From Candidatus Poseidoniaceae archaeon (lineage in GTDB: Archaea > Thermoplasmatota > Poseidoniia > Poseidoniales > Poseidoniaceae), in assembly GCA_943789275.1 (NCBI GenBank), contig CALSTM010000003.1, forward strand, positions 596,053-660,052: a DNA stretch of 64,000 bases, written 5' to 3'. The notes under the pieces are model-generated. The model worked only from the letters and a program-made list of their open reading frames with translations, had not been told where the DNA came from and searched no databases. This document shows, piece after piece, positions 37,102 through 46,152 of this stretch (the first letter of the stretch is position 1; each line of letters opens with the position of its first letter). Both the position numbers and the translations under genes were made by a program.

Positions 37102-37551
37102 ATGATGCGTTCCACTCGTGCGTCCATGCCGGGGTTCATTCTCATCGAAGAAGCGCTTGAATCGCTCGATGAAAATGCACTCAAAGCCAAGTTGCCAACC
37201 GAAGGTTGTGGAGCAATCGTCTCTTTTTTGGGAATTACCCGAGGAAAGGAGGGTGATGCGGATGTCTTGCGTCTCGAATTTGACGCATGGCAAAACCAGT
37301 TGTCGCCCGTTTTACACGGATTAGCCGAACAAGCCATCGAAAACTTCGGAGTTTTGGCTGTGGCAATGGCTCACAGGGTTGGCTCGGTTGGACCGTCTGA
37401 CTCCATCGTATCGATTCATGTTGGCAGCCCGCATCGGAAAGAAGCATTCCAAGCGTGTGAATGGCTCATCGACGAACTCAAGAAGCAGGCGCCTCTGTGG
37501 AAGAAAGAGGTCACCAGTGATGGTGAGTCTTGGAAGGCCGGTCTCGGTTAG
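37102..37551 (+). CDS. moaE: Molybdopterin synthase catalytic subunit MoaE.
   Basis: GAIVSFLGITRG...VLRLEFDAW...HRVGSVGPSDSIVSIHVGSPHRKEAFQACEWLIDELKKQAPLWKKE matches conserved MoaE blocks. Confidence 0.8.
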   Translation: MMRSTRASMPGFILIEEALESLDENALKAKLPTEGCGAIVSFLGITRGKEGDADVLRLEFDAWQNQLSPVLHGLAEQAIENFGVLAVAMAHRVGSVGPSDSIVSIHVGSPHRKEAFQACEWLIDELKKQAPLWKKEVTSDGESWKAGLG

Positions 37552-37562
37552 GAGTTGACACC

Positions 37563-38012
37563 ATGGAAAGAGAAATCGAAGGAATTGTAGAAATCGGTGC
37601 GAAAGCCGTTGTTGAACGCCGTGCCTCGGCAACAGGCCTCCTCAAACTAAGTGCTGAATCGGCACAAGCGATTCAAACAAAATCAGTCAAGAAAGGCGAT
37701 GTTTTGGAAGCCTCCACCATTGCTGCAATCCAAGCGGTGAAAGACACGCCACGCATTGTTCCGCATTGTCACCCAATCCCTCTGGAAGGATGTAAGGTCC
37801 AATGGGCGTGGGAAGGGAACGCACTGCGTTGTACCGTTCATGTCTCAGCCCATTACAAGACTGGCATCGAAATGGAGGCGCTTACAGGAGTAAGTGCAGG
37901 CCTCTTGTGTGCGCTGGACATGGTCAAATCCATTGAGAAAGACGAGAACGGTCAGTATCCCGGAACTTCCATTTCAGACATCGTTGTCCTTGAGAAGTTC
38001 AAAGGTCAGTAA
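37563..38012 (+). CDS. moaC: Cyclic pyranopterin monophosphate synthase accessory protein MoaC.
   Basis: KKGDVLEASTIAAIQAVKDTPRIVPHCHPIPLEG...TGIEMEALTGVSAGLLCALDMVKSIEKD matches MoaC (KGDVxxxAxIAGIxAAKxTxxLIPLCHPL...TGVEMEALTAxSVAALTIYDMCKAV). The ATG at 37563 avoids overlap with moaE. Confidence 0.85.
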   Translation: MEREIEGIVEIGAKAVVERRASATGLLKLSAESAQAIQTKSVKKGDVLEASTIAAIQAVKDTPRIVPHCHPIPLEGCKVQWAWEGNALRCTVHVSAHYKTGIEMEALTGVSAGLLCALDMVKSIEKDENGQYPGTSISDIVVLEKFKGQ

Positions 38013-39709
38013 TTCTCAGAAAGAACTTCTTTCGCGCACTGCAGTATGCGTTCGTTTTCTTTTTGTGAACGAATGGCGAATCGAACGGCCTTATTGGTGA
38101 GGGATACACCCATGTTTTGAGCATCCCGAATGAACACACCTTTGCCTTTACACGCTTCGATAAACGAGGCTGAAGTATGGTGTGTATGCTCGGGTAAGAA
38201 CGTCAAGATGAAATTAGCAACACCGGGTAGAACGGTAAACTTCTCTTCGTTCAACAAGCGGCTGAGCTCTTCCCTTTGCTGGTGAATGATGTTGTATTGC
38301 TGTCGGTAATATTCAGGGTTACGCAGTGCTGCAACCGCTGCGAGTTGTCCCGGTAGGCTAACGGCCCATGGCGGAATGAACCGCCGTAGTTCGTTCATCT
38401 TTTGACCGACCGCATAGGCTACACGCAGTCCTGACAGCGCGTAGCATTTGCTCATGCTTTTGCAGACGATGAGGCTTGGCGTGGTCGCAACCATCGATTC
38501 TAGCGATTGTGCTTCCGGTATGTAGTCGATGTAGGTCTCATCAACCCAAATCATCTTGCAACGGGTAGGGGATTCACTTTCATCTTGGATTCGGCGTACA
38601 ATCTCACTCATTTCTTCGCTGTAAACGCCCGTCGGACTGTTGGGATTGACAAAAATCACGGCATCGTGGAGGCGCGATTGTTCGACCAAATCATCAGCAT
38701 TGATCTGAAAACCGTCTTCTTGGTGAAGAACAAAGTTCGTCATATGGCAACCAATGACATGGGTGAGGATGTGACTGTATTCACCGTACATCGGCGAGAG
38801 TACCATCACGTTCGAATCTTGATTGAGCAATTGCGGCAGGAACGAGAACATCAACGAGGAGGAACCCGATGATACGGCAACATGCTTGGCGTTCACGCCA
38901 CGGACATCAGCAACCGTTTCAATCAGTTCTTCACATTGCGTCGGAGGAGATTCTTGGCAACATCGTTCAAGTTGTTCCCGCAAAACATCGAGTGCTTCGG
39001 GACAAGGTGGGAACGGGCTATCGAGCACGTCGGCAACCACCAAGGAATCACGAATTTCAAAATCGAACTTCGAAGTATCCCATGACTTGCCGCCGTGGTA
39101 GCAAACATCATCATCATCTTCTAAATTGATGTCAGCATCGATGCGTAGGGCGTGTTCCTTCATCACTTTTATGGGGTTTAGGTACATTGGATAATACAAC
39201 GTTTGACCGTGCAGAACTCCGTGTTCATCAAAGACAGTCATGCCGTTTTTCCGGTACAACTCTGCAACTTCGGAATGTCCCATAGCGACGATATCTGTGC
39301 CGTCTCTTTCCAGGATAAATTCGAGCGCATACCGCATCAATCGGAATGAAATGTTCTGTCCTCGGAAAGCCGGATTTACGGTGAGAGCTCGAACTTCAAA
39401 GGTCGTGTTAAGTCGATGTTCGCATTCAGCATAGACCGTTTGTTCAAGAGTTTCTTTTGAGAAATAAGTGGTTATTCGGAACGGTTTTTCTTGAGGTGGA
39501 TTGAGGCTGATGTATCCTGCGAGGACTCCGTTTTCCACGCAAGCGATAAAGTGACGTCCAGGGTCTTCGATTTTTTGTTCGGAATTGGCATCGTATTGTT
39601 GCAATTCGTTGGCATACACTTCATGACGAAGTCGAGAGATGCCGTTCCAAATCTGTACAACTTCTTTGTCATCGGGGAGCGGGTAATCAAAGTGCAAGAA
39701 ATCTGCCAT
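38006..39709 (-). CDS. Fusion protein: N-terminal GNAT-type N-acetyltransferase fused to a C-terminal class I/II PLP-dependent aminotransferase (HisC/CobD-like).
   Basis: The N-terminal ~200 aa has a GNAT-like core (VRALTVNPAFRGQNISFRLMRYALEFI). The C-terminus has aminotransferase blocks (VFVNPNSPTG..., WVDETYIDY, and a lysine block KSMSKCYALSGLRVAYAVG). Confidence 0.65.
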   Translation of the reverse strand: MADFLHFDYPLPDDKEVVQIWNGISRLRHEVYANELQQYDANSEQKIEDPGRHFIACVENGVLAGYISLNPPQEKPFRITTYFSKETLEQTVYAECEHRLNTTFEVRALTVNPAFRGQNISFRLMRYALEFILERDGTDIVAMGHSEVAELYRKNGMTVFDEHGVLHGQTLYYPMYLNPIKVMKEHALRIDADINLEDDDDVCYHGGKSWDTSKFDFEIRDSLVVADVLDSPFPPCPEALDVLREQLERCCQESPPTQCEELIETVADVRGVNAKHVAVSSGSSSLMFSFLPQLLNQDSNVMVLSPMYGEYSHILTHVIGCHMTNFVLHQEDGFQINADDLVEQSRLHDAVIFVNPNSPTGVYSEEMSEIVRRIQDESESPTRCKMIWVDETYIDYIPEAQSLESMVATTPSLIVCKSMSKCYALSGLRVAYAVGQKMNELRRFIPPWAVSLPGQLAAVAALRNPEYYRQQYNIIHQQREELSRLLNEEKFTVLPGVANFILTFLPEHTHHTSASFIEACKGKGVFIRDAQNMGVSLTNKAVRFAIRSQKENERILQCAKEVLSENY

Positions 39710-39805
39710 GGGGGGGTTATTGCTTCGGATGTCTTCAAGAGTTTGCCGGACATTTGCAAAATTTTGAATCGTAAAGTCATTATTGGTTGGCAGGCAGGGA
39801 CAACC

Positions 39806-41374
39806 ATGCGAGCAAAGGCTATGATGTTGGTTCTCCTTGTTTCGACGATGTCGATGGCAGGCTGCTTTGGTGCCGAAGATTCCGTTGTGGAAGTTGAAAT
39901 GGAACCTGAAATGGACAAGAGGGTTTTCGTTACCGACGGCACAGGTATGGCCGTTAATGAGATGCCTCTTGAGATGGATTTCGTGTTCAGCGATGTTGGG
40001 GAAACCGGTAAGGAACCGAGCATTGGCATCACTTCAAGCGGATGTATGTTCTTTATCGCCATGGAAAAACCAATGCGCTCTTGCGACCATGGAGAGAGTT
40101 GGGAAAACACAGCCGACATTACACAAGCTCCGTTCACCAGCGACCCGTATGGATGGGTCGACCCGGTAACTGACCGGATTTTCAACATCCACATGATGGG
40201 GCTTGCAACGACTTGGATTGGCTGGTCCGATGACGATGGAGAATCCTGGTTGGGTAACCCATACGACAGCGGTCCAGTGCCTCTCAACGATCACATCAAA
40301 TTAGGTTCCGGGCCATGGACCGATTCGGGTTACGGCGGATTAGGACAACTGAGTCCGCTTTACTCTGAAGCGGTGTATTTCTGTTACAACAAGTTGGCTG
40401 GGATTTTCTGCTACACCAGTTACGATGGAGGTGCCACTTTCCCAACTGGAGGCCAGATTTACGGACTTGCAACCAGTAATGGAGGTCTGCATGGAGCCAT
40501 TACCACCGCTCCTGATGGAACGGTCTATGTGACTCCAAGAGTTGCAACTCCAACCATCATTTACTCGAAGGATAACGGTCTTACTTGGGATACTCGAGAA
40601 ATGGGACAGGACGCATCGACTCCAAACCCGCGTAAAAATTCCGAAGTTGCAACCGACTCTGAATCCAACGCATATCACGTGTGGACAGGAGGCGACCAAG
40701 GGATTTACATGGCTCGAAGTACCGATTCAGGGGATACTTGGGATTCAGAAAGTATTCGCATCAGTCCAGCAGGCGTCATCTCGACAACGTTCCCTCAAAC
40801 AGATGCTGGTGACCCAGGAAGAATTGCGATAACATACCTTGGAAGTGAAAACGTTTCCTTGCTCAATACAACGGACATTGACGGAAATAATTGGAACGGA
40901 AACGGTCATTACGCACCGAGCGGGGTGCACTACCATCTTTACGTCACGTACAGTCTCAATGCACTGGATGAAAACCCAACATTCCACACCTATCGAGTTT
41001 CTGACGACCCCGTTCAAATTGGAAGTATGTGCCTAAACAGTGGCGATTGCCGTACCGATGAGGGGGGCTCAAACCGAAACTTGCTCGACTTCAACGACCT
41101 CACCATCGATCTTGAAGGAAGAGTCTACATTGCTTTCGCAGACGGTTGCATCGATGCTTGCGCTACTGGAAACAATTCGCAACCTCAAGATTCCCGTGCT
41201 GGTCGTGGCTCAGTCTACTTCATGGCCAACGGGCCAAGCCTCTATGTAGCCAACGGTGAGCTGACTTCTCCAGTTCAATCAGCAGAGATGCTTAACACCT
41301 CAACGCTCCCTCAGCTCTGTGAAGCAGAGCAGTGTCGCTACGAAGACCAAGAAGTGGTCATGAGCGACGAATAA
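39806..41374 (+). CDS. Secreted lipoprotein-like BNR/Asp-box repeat protein with a sialidase-type beta-propeller fold.
   Basis: The signal or lipobox-like N-terminus is MRAKAMMLVLLVSTMSMAGCFG. Repeated SxDxGxTW Asp-box motifs are present (SDDDGESW, SYDGGATF, SKDNGLTWD, STDSGDTWD). The ATG at 39806 avoids the ORF-track extension that would overlap the divergent upstream gene. Confidence 0.65.
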   Translation: MRAKAMMLVLLVSTMSMAGCFGAEDSVVEVEMEPEMDKRVFVTDGTGMAVNEMPLEMDFVFSDVGETGKEPSIGITSSGCMFFIAMEKPMRSCDHGESWENTADITQAPFTSDPYGWVDPVTDRIFNIHMMGLATTWIGWSDDDGESWLGNPYDSGPVPLNDHIKLGSGPWTDSGYGGLGQLSPLYSEAVYFCYNKLAGIFCYTSYDGGATFPTGGQIYGLATSNGGLHGAITTAPDGTVYVTPRVATPTIIYSKDNGLTWDTREMGQDASTPNPRKNSEVATDSESNAYHVWTGGDQGIYMARSTDSGDTWDSESIRISPAGVISTTFPQTDAGDPGRIAITYLGSENVSLLNTTDIDGNNWNGNGHYAPSGVHYHLYVTYSLNALDENPTFHTYRVSDDPVQIGSMCLNSGDCRTDEGGSNRNLLDFNDLTIDLEGRVYIAFADGCIDACATGNNSQPQDSRAGRGSVYFMANGPSLYVANGELTSPVQSAEMLNTSTLPQLCEAEQCRYEDQEVVMSDE

Positions 41375-41424
41375 CCAACCTTAATGTCATCAACGACTAA
41401 TAACTTCTCAGTCAAGGGCACATT

Positions 41425-42069
41425 ATGTTCAGCCAGTTTCATTTGACGAAACCTACCCAGTGGCATCTCGCACTTTCACACGATGATTCCACCGTTCTTG
41501 AGCGGGCCATCGGCATTTTCTTCTTTGCTGGATTAACTGCATTATGTGCTCAACTCGCCCTCCCTACCAGTTGGACGCCGGTGCCTTACACGTTCCAGAC
41601 GTTTTCCATTATGGCAGCAGGTGTTTACCTGCGAAGGAACGACGCATTCCTCTCCGGTGCTGTTTACCTCATTGCTGGGGCTGTTGGTGCTCCAGTGTTC
41701 GCCGGTGGAGCCAGTGGTTTGTTTTCCGGTTCACAACTCATTGCTTCGGGAGGATATCTCCTTGCCTTCCCAGTTGCTTCTGCCTTGATTGCAGAAGGTT
41801 TAGATCGTTCACGAAAAGCAGGAGTTGCAGACATCAAGGCGCAAATTCTCTGCTGGACTCTTGCTATGATTCCGGTCTACATCTTCGGAACTTTGTGGTT
41901 AGCCGAAGCGTATGGTGTGGACATGGCCCAAGCCTTTGTCTGGGGCACTGAACCGTTCCTGCTTTGGGATTTTGGCAAGATTGTTCTTCTTGCCTTCGTG
42001 ACGACCAAGGTATGGTCTTACGAATCTTTTGAAGAAGCTTCAGATGATGAAGTTGGCTCGATTGAGTGA
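41425..42069 (+). CDS. bioY: BioY-family biotin transporter (ECF-type S component).
   Basis: A ~200-aa, 5-6 TM protein. ALCAQLALP...VPYTFQTFSIMAAGVYL...GAVGAPVFAGGASG...SGGYLLAFPVASALIA matches the BioY consensus. Confidence 0.8.
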   Translation: MFSQFHLTKPTQWHLALSHDDSTVLERAIGIFFFAGLTALCAQLALPTSWTPVPYTFQTFSIMAAGVYLRRNDAFLSGAVYLIAGAVGAPVFAGGASGLFSGSQLIASGGYLLAFPVASALIAEGLDRSRKAGVADIKAQILCWTLAMIPVYIFGTLWLAEAYGVDMAQAFVWGTEPFLLWDFGKIVLLAFVTTKVWSYESFEEASDDEVGSIE

Positions 42070-42129
42070 ACAGATGACCCGTCAATTCAAACCGTTTCAT
42101 TCATGGATGGGGCGCGCCCGTCGTGATTC

Positions 42130-43083
42130 ATGGGCAGTGTAGGCGACCTTTACCACCACTTCTTAGAAGCCGTAGACCAAGCGGCAATTTCCAGTGCAGC
42201 ATGGCGCGGTCTTGGTGAAAAAGAAAAGGCTGATGAAGCCGCTGTTGAAGCCATGCGCCGTACCTTTGACCGCGTACCTTTTGACGGACGCGTCGCCATT
42301 GGTGAAGGCGAACGGGACGAAGCGCCCATGCTCTACATTGGGGAAGAAATCGGCAGCATGGTTGGCGTTGCTGGCGCTCCTCAGATTGACATCGCCGTTG
42401 ATCCGCTTGAATGCACCAACAACTGTGCTTCCAATTCTCCGAACTCGATTGCAGTACTTGCTGCAGCACCTCGTGGAACGCTTCTTCACGCCCCTGATTG
42501 TTACATGGACAAGATTGCCGGTGGCCCGGAACTCGTCGGTCACATCAGCCTTGACGGTGGGGTTGCTTACAATCTTGAACAAACTGCTGCGGCTTTGGAC
42601 AAAGCAGTCTCCGATGTTCGAGTTGTTGCACTTGACCGTGAGCGTCATTCGCAATTGTTCAAAGAAATCCGTGCCAGCGGTGCTCAATTGGAACTGATGG
42701 GAGATGGAGATGTCTCTGGCGCAATTTGGGCGGCTCGCTCAGACGGTCCATTCGATTTACTCATGGGGATTGGTGCTGCGCCAGAGGGCGTCATATCAGC
42801 CGCCGCCATTCGTGGCTTGGGGGGCGTCTTTGAAGGGCGTCTTGTTTTCCGCTCCGATGAAGAAGAAGCCCGTGCCGGAAACATGGTTGGTGACGATTTG
42901 ACACGGCTATGGGAAGCGCACGACTTGTGCAAGAGTGAAAACGCCATCTTTGCCGCATCCGGTGTATGCGATGGATATCTACCGGCTGCAATACTTGGCA
43001 AGACTCACACGACAACTTTTGGTGAAGTCATCGATGTCGAGTCTGGAACTGTTCGACGAATCGAGACCACTCGTAAAGTGTGA
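42130..43083 (+). CDS. glpX: Class II fructose-1,6-bisphosphatase (GlpX family).
   Basis: RVAIGEGERDEAPMLYIGEEIG...DIAVDPLECT...LLHAPDCYMDKIAGGP...GDGDVSGAI...MGIGAAPEGVISAAAIRGLGG aligns strongly with E. coli GlpX. Confidence 0.88.
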   Translation: MGSVGDLYHHFLEAVDQAAISSAAWRGLGEKEKADEAAVEAMRRTFDRVPFDGRVAIGEGERDEAPMLYIGEEIGSMVGVAGAPQIDIAVDPLECTNNCASNSPNSIAVLAAAPRGTLLHAPDCYMDKIAGGPELVGHISLDGGVAYNLEQTAAALDKAVSDVRVVALDRERHSQLFKEIRASGAQLELMGDGDVSGAIWAARSDGPFDLLMGIGAAPEGVISAAAIRGLGGVFEGRLVFRSDEEEARAGNMVGDDLTRLWEAHDLCKSENAIFAASGVCDGYLPAAILGKTHTTTFGEVIDVESGTVRRIETTRKV

Positions 43084-43285
43084 TTCAGTTCTTCTCAACT
43101 GCGTTCAACTTGCCTGTCCCGGCAAGGAATGTTAAGCGTATACCACTCCGCTACACTATGCAGCATCTCATGACCTCTCGCGATGGACGAAATTTAGACG
43201 TTCTGCTTGGAGGTAATCCAAACGCTTCAATGGCTCTTGTTTGCCACCACGGCACCCCCAGCGTAAGAGTTCAGGTGCAACCGTT

Positions 43286-43525
43286 CTATTTCTGAGGCAC
43301 AGCATTCGGGTTTGCTTCAACGTTGTTGATCGGGGTGTCAACAGATTGGAGGTTGTAGAGTACCAATCCGAGTATGCCGCAAACTACCGGAGCAAAGAGC
43401 AACGGAACAAGGGCGGTCAATGCTTGGGTAACGGCAATCAGAGAGATGCCCAGTAATCCCAAGATGTATCCTACGATGTTGGTCGCAGAAAATAGTTTTC
43501 GTGTGTCTGACATAATTTTGTCCAT
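43286..43525 (-). CDS. Small hypothetical membrane protein of about 80 aa with two TM helices.
   Basis: Hydrophobic helices NIVGYILGLLGISLIAV and LVPLLFAPVVCGILGLVLY. The start is uncertain, and the ORF track extends to 43720. Confidence 0.3.
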   Translation of the reverse strand: MDKIMSDTRKLFSATNIVGYILGLLGISLIAVTQALTALVPLLFAPVVCGILGLVLYNLQSVDTPINNVEANPNAVPQK

Positions 43526-43744
43526 GCATTGTACATCGTAAAGGGGGTATATGAGGTCCTGTATTTTGAACGTGCCAAAATTGGAAGGTCTTTGAGCTTG
43601 GTTTATATTCGGTTTATTCCAGTCCAGTGCGGCGTTTTTGATGGTTTTGTACGTGCCTTCACTGCAACGGTTTACCACCAAACCATTACGATTCATTGGT
43701 TTTTGTTTCGTGAACTTCAAGTGCGTGGCTCCCTACAACCCATC

Positions 43745-44371
43745 ATGGCGGTTCAGCAAGTTCGCATCGAAGTTCGGTTGCCGGAAGGCCATTGGGCGGG
43801 GGATGTAACGCGCAGCCACCCTTCAGCAGTCTTGCGAATCGAGGAACACATGCCCTTGCAGAAGGGAAGAGGGACGGCTCGTGCTTCATGCAGTGAGGAG
43901 ATTACTGCTACGGTATCGGAACATTCTGGTATCGAAGAAGTCCGCAGTTTTGGGAAACAGAGTTTTGTGGTGGACATTATTGCAGGAGGTGGAGGTTTTC
44001 TCAAACCACTTCTCAAAGTCGGCGTAATCCCACATACACCGTTCGAGGTTCGGGACGGTTGGGTCGAATGGACCATTTCATGCGCTCGTGAAAAAGTGCG
44101 AGATTTGCTTTCTGGCTTTGATGATGAAGACATTCCCTACCAACTGGTTTCGACGCGTGGAGTCACCAATCGATTGCTCACACCTCGTCAACGCTATGTG
44201 TTTGATACGGCCATGAAGGAAGGGTACTACGATGTGCCACGACGTATCACATTGACCGAGTTAGCCGTTGTCCTTGACGTTGCGAAATCCACTTTGTCTG
44301 CACAACTCCATCTCATCGAATCAACGGTACATCACGCCTTTGCTGATGATATCCGTCGGCGTAGCCCCTAA
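43745..44371 (+). CDS. Bat-type HTH_10 transcription regulator with an N-terminal sensor-like domain.
   Basis: The C-terminus LTPRQRYVFDTAMKEGYYDVPRRITLTELAVVLDVAKSTLSAQLHLIEST is a canonical HTH_10 motif. An internal ATG at 43745 is chosen over the ORF-track start at 43529. Confidence 0.6.
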   Translation: MAVQQVRIEVRLPEGHWAGDVTRSHPSAVLRIEEHMPLQKGRGTARASCSEEITATVSEHSGIEEVRSFGKQSFVVDIIAGGGGFLKPLLKVGVIPHTPFEVRDGWVEWTISCAREKVRDLLSGFDDEDIPYQLVSTRGVTNRLLTPRQRYVFDTAMKEGYYDVPRRITLTELAVVLDVAKSTLSAQLHLIESTVHHAFADDIRRRSP

Positions 44372-44429
44372 CATGTTCGTACGAACATGTTCGCAAAGGC
44401 AATAAGGTGGACCCACCCATCCTCTCACC

Positions 44430-45590
44430 ATGGACAACCTACCGAATACATGGGAAGACTGGATTTCAAACTTTACCGAATGGCAAGACCGCGTCGGATT
44501 TGACCGCGATTGGATGGGTGACTTTGACCTCTCCATTCAGTTCGACTGGGACCGTGCTGGTGACCTCATCGAATACGGCGACTATGCAGGACGCCCAAAG
44601 TGGGAACGTTCGCTCCAAGTTCCTCAGCAAAGCATGCGCGACGCTCTTGTCAGTATGATTACCGTTCAGGGCGACACAGAATTCGCTTCCGTTGAACAAC
44701 AACGTCACCTTCTCGCCTCCGCACCAACGGACTACGACCGCTATGCAGCTGCCAGGATCATGGCCGAAGAACAACGCCATGGATGGCAAATGGCTTACCT
44801 TTTGATGACCTACTTTGGACAACAAGGACGTCGCGAGGCACAAAAACTCCTCGAGCGCAACGCCCAAGACGGCGATCGATTGCTTGGTGCTTTCAACCGC
44901 CCAATGCCACACTGGCTCGATTTCTTCTGCTACACCATGTTTGTTGACCGTGACGGTAAGTTCCAACTTGGCATGCTCTCAACATCCGCTTTCAAGCCTC
45001 TGGCTGCGTCCATGGGACCAATGCTCAAGGAAGAGTCGTTCCACCTTGGAACCGGCTCCAACGGATTGCGCCGAGTCATCAAGGCCGGTATTATCCCGCT
45101 CGACATGCTTCAGAAATTCTTCAACAAGTGGGTTTCAACCGCACATGACTTGTTTGGTGTCGACGCATCATCTTCGGCTCACTGGTCGTATGTCTGGGGT
45201 GTTAAAGGACGCTGGGACGAGCGCAAGAAACTCGAAGCTGGTATTGAAGTGGACAAGGAAGTTCTCAATGAAGAAGCCCGAGGCCACTACCACGCAGAGA
45301 TTGTTGCTGAAGTTGCTAAACTCAATGGATACCTTCCAGAAGGCAGCACTCCGCTGATCGTTCCTCACGAAAACTTCAACCGTGACATTGGTGCATTCAA
45401 GCGTCAACGCTTCACCATCGAAGGTACGCCGTTCGAAGGCAGCGATGAAGAGTGGGACGCCTACATGGATTCGGCTCTTCCAAACGCATCGGACGAAGCA
45501 CAACTCAAAGAATTTTTCAAGCAAGAATGGGTCGCTAACAAGCCGATGTCTGCTCGTCAAATCGCATCCGGTATCGGTGCCAAAGTTTGA
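44430..45590 (+). CDS. Ferritin-like di-iron oxygenase of the PaaA/BoxB (aryl-CoA epoxidase) family.
   Basis: The di-iron ligand blocks AEEQRHGWQMAYLL and LKEESFHLGTG resemble the PaaA blocks QDEAGHGLYLYS and CKEESFHQRQG. Confidence 0.5.
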   Translation: MDNLPNTWEDWISNFTEWQDRVGFDRDWMGDFDLSIQFDWDRAGDLIEYGDYAGRPKWERSLQVPQQSMRDALVSMITVQGDTEFASVEQQRHLLASAPTDYDRYAAARIMAEEQRHGWQMAYLLMTYFGQQGRREAQKLLERNAQDGDRLLGAFNRPMPHWLDFFCYTMFVDRDGKFQLGMLSTSAFKPLAASMGPMLKEESFHLGTGSNGLRRVIKAGIIPLDMLQKFFNKWVSTAHDLFGVDASSSAHWSYVWGVKGRWDERKKLEAGIEVDKEVLNEEARGHYHAEIVAEVAKLNGYLPEGSTPLIVPHENFNRDIGAFKRQRFTIEGTPFEGSDEEWDAYMDSALPNASDEAQLKEFFKQEWVANKPMSARQIASGIGAKV

Positions 45591-45604
45591 GACCCGTACG
45601 CTCT

Positions 45605-45610
45605 GGAGGG
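45605..45610 (+). promoter_or_regulatory. Shine-Dalgarno-like ribosome-binding site GGAGGG, 5 nt upstream of the ATG at 45616.
   Basis: Read directly in the sequence (ctctggagggtaactATG). Confidence 0.4.
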
Positions 45611-45615
45611 TAACT

Positions 45616-46152
45616 ATGATTCCAGTCTCATTGTACGGTATCGACGTCGAAAAGTGCGAAGCGTTCTACGCAGCACTGCCCGGACTTGTGGCGGACACGG
45701 TCGACGATGAAAAGTACGCGAACGCTCTGTTTTCCATTGAAAGTGAAGCATCCCTTGAACACATCCGTGTCGCTGACCAATGGTCAGACAACGACCCTTT
45801 CGTTTGGCCTGAAGACATCTCGAACGAAGTAGAAATGACGCTTCGTACCGTGAACTATCCTGACGTGTCCCTGCTGGAACACCTCTTAACCCTCGACAAT
45901 GTGGACGCTGCTCGTGTTTCAACATGGATGCACTTCTCGACCAACTTGTTTCCTCTGTACACAGAGGCTGCTTGTGCCACTCTGACTCGAATGGGTGTTC
46001 CGACGCCCTATGACCCAACCGACATTGCCAGTTATGGGCTCTATGTTTCTCGCATTGAAGGCTTGAAACTTTACGCACCTGCGGCTGGTCTGCCTGAAAT
46101 CGGCTTACCCCGTTCACGCATGCTCCAACTCGGATTGGAGCGGTTTTCATGA
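45616..46152 (+). CDS. Hypothetical protein of 178 aa immediately downstream of the PaaA-like oxygenase. It is a possible partner subunit.
   Basis: The ATG at 45616 is preceded by GGAGGG at 45605-45610. The ORF-track start at 45382 would overlap the upstream CDS. Confidence 0.45.
   Translation: MIPVSLYGIDVEKCEAFYAALPGLVADTVDDEKYANALFSIESEASLEHIRVADQWSDNDPFVWPEDISNEVEMTLRTVNYPDVSLLEHLLTLDNVDAARVSTWMHFSTNLFPLYTEAACATLTRMGVPTPYDPTDIASYGLYVSRIEGLKLYAPAAGLPEIGLPRSRMLQLGLERFS

Noticed and set aside
39491-39805. The ORF-track N-terminal extension of the BNR protein (start at 39491).
   Set aside because: It would overlap the 5' end of the divergent GNAT-aminotransferase gene by about 220 nt and precedes a clear signal peptide that begins at the ATG at 39806.
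45382-45615. The ORF-track start at 45382 for the small protein downstream of the PaaA-like oxygenase.
   Set aside because: It would overlap the oxygenase CDS by about 200 nt in another frame. An ATG with a GGAGGG ribosome-binding site at 45616 gives a non-overlapping gene.
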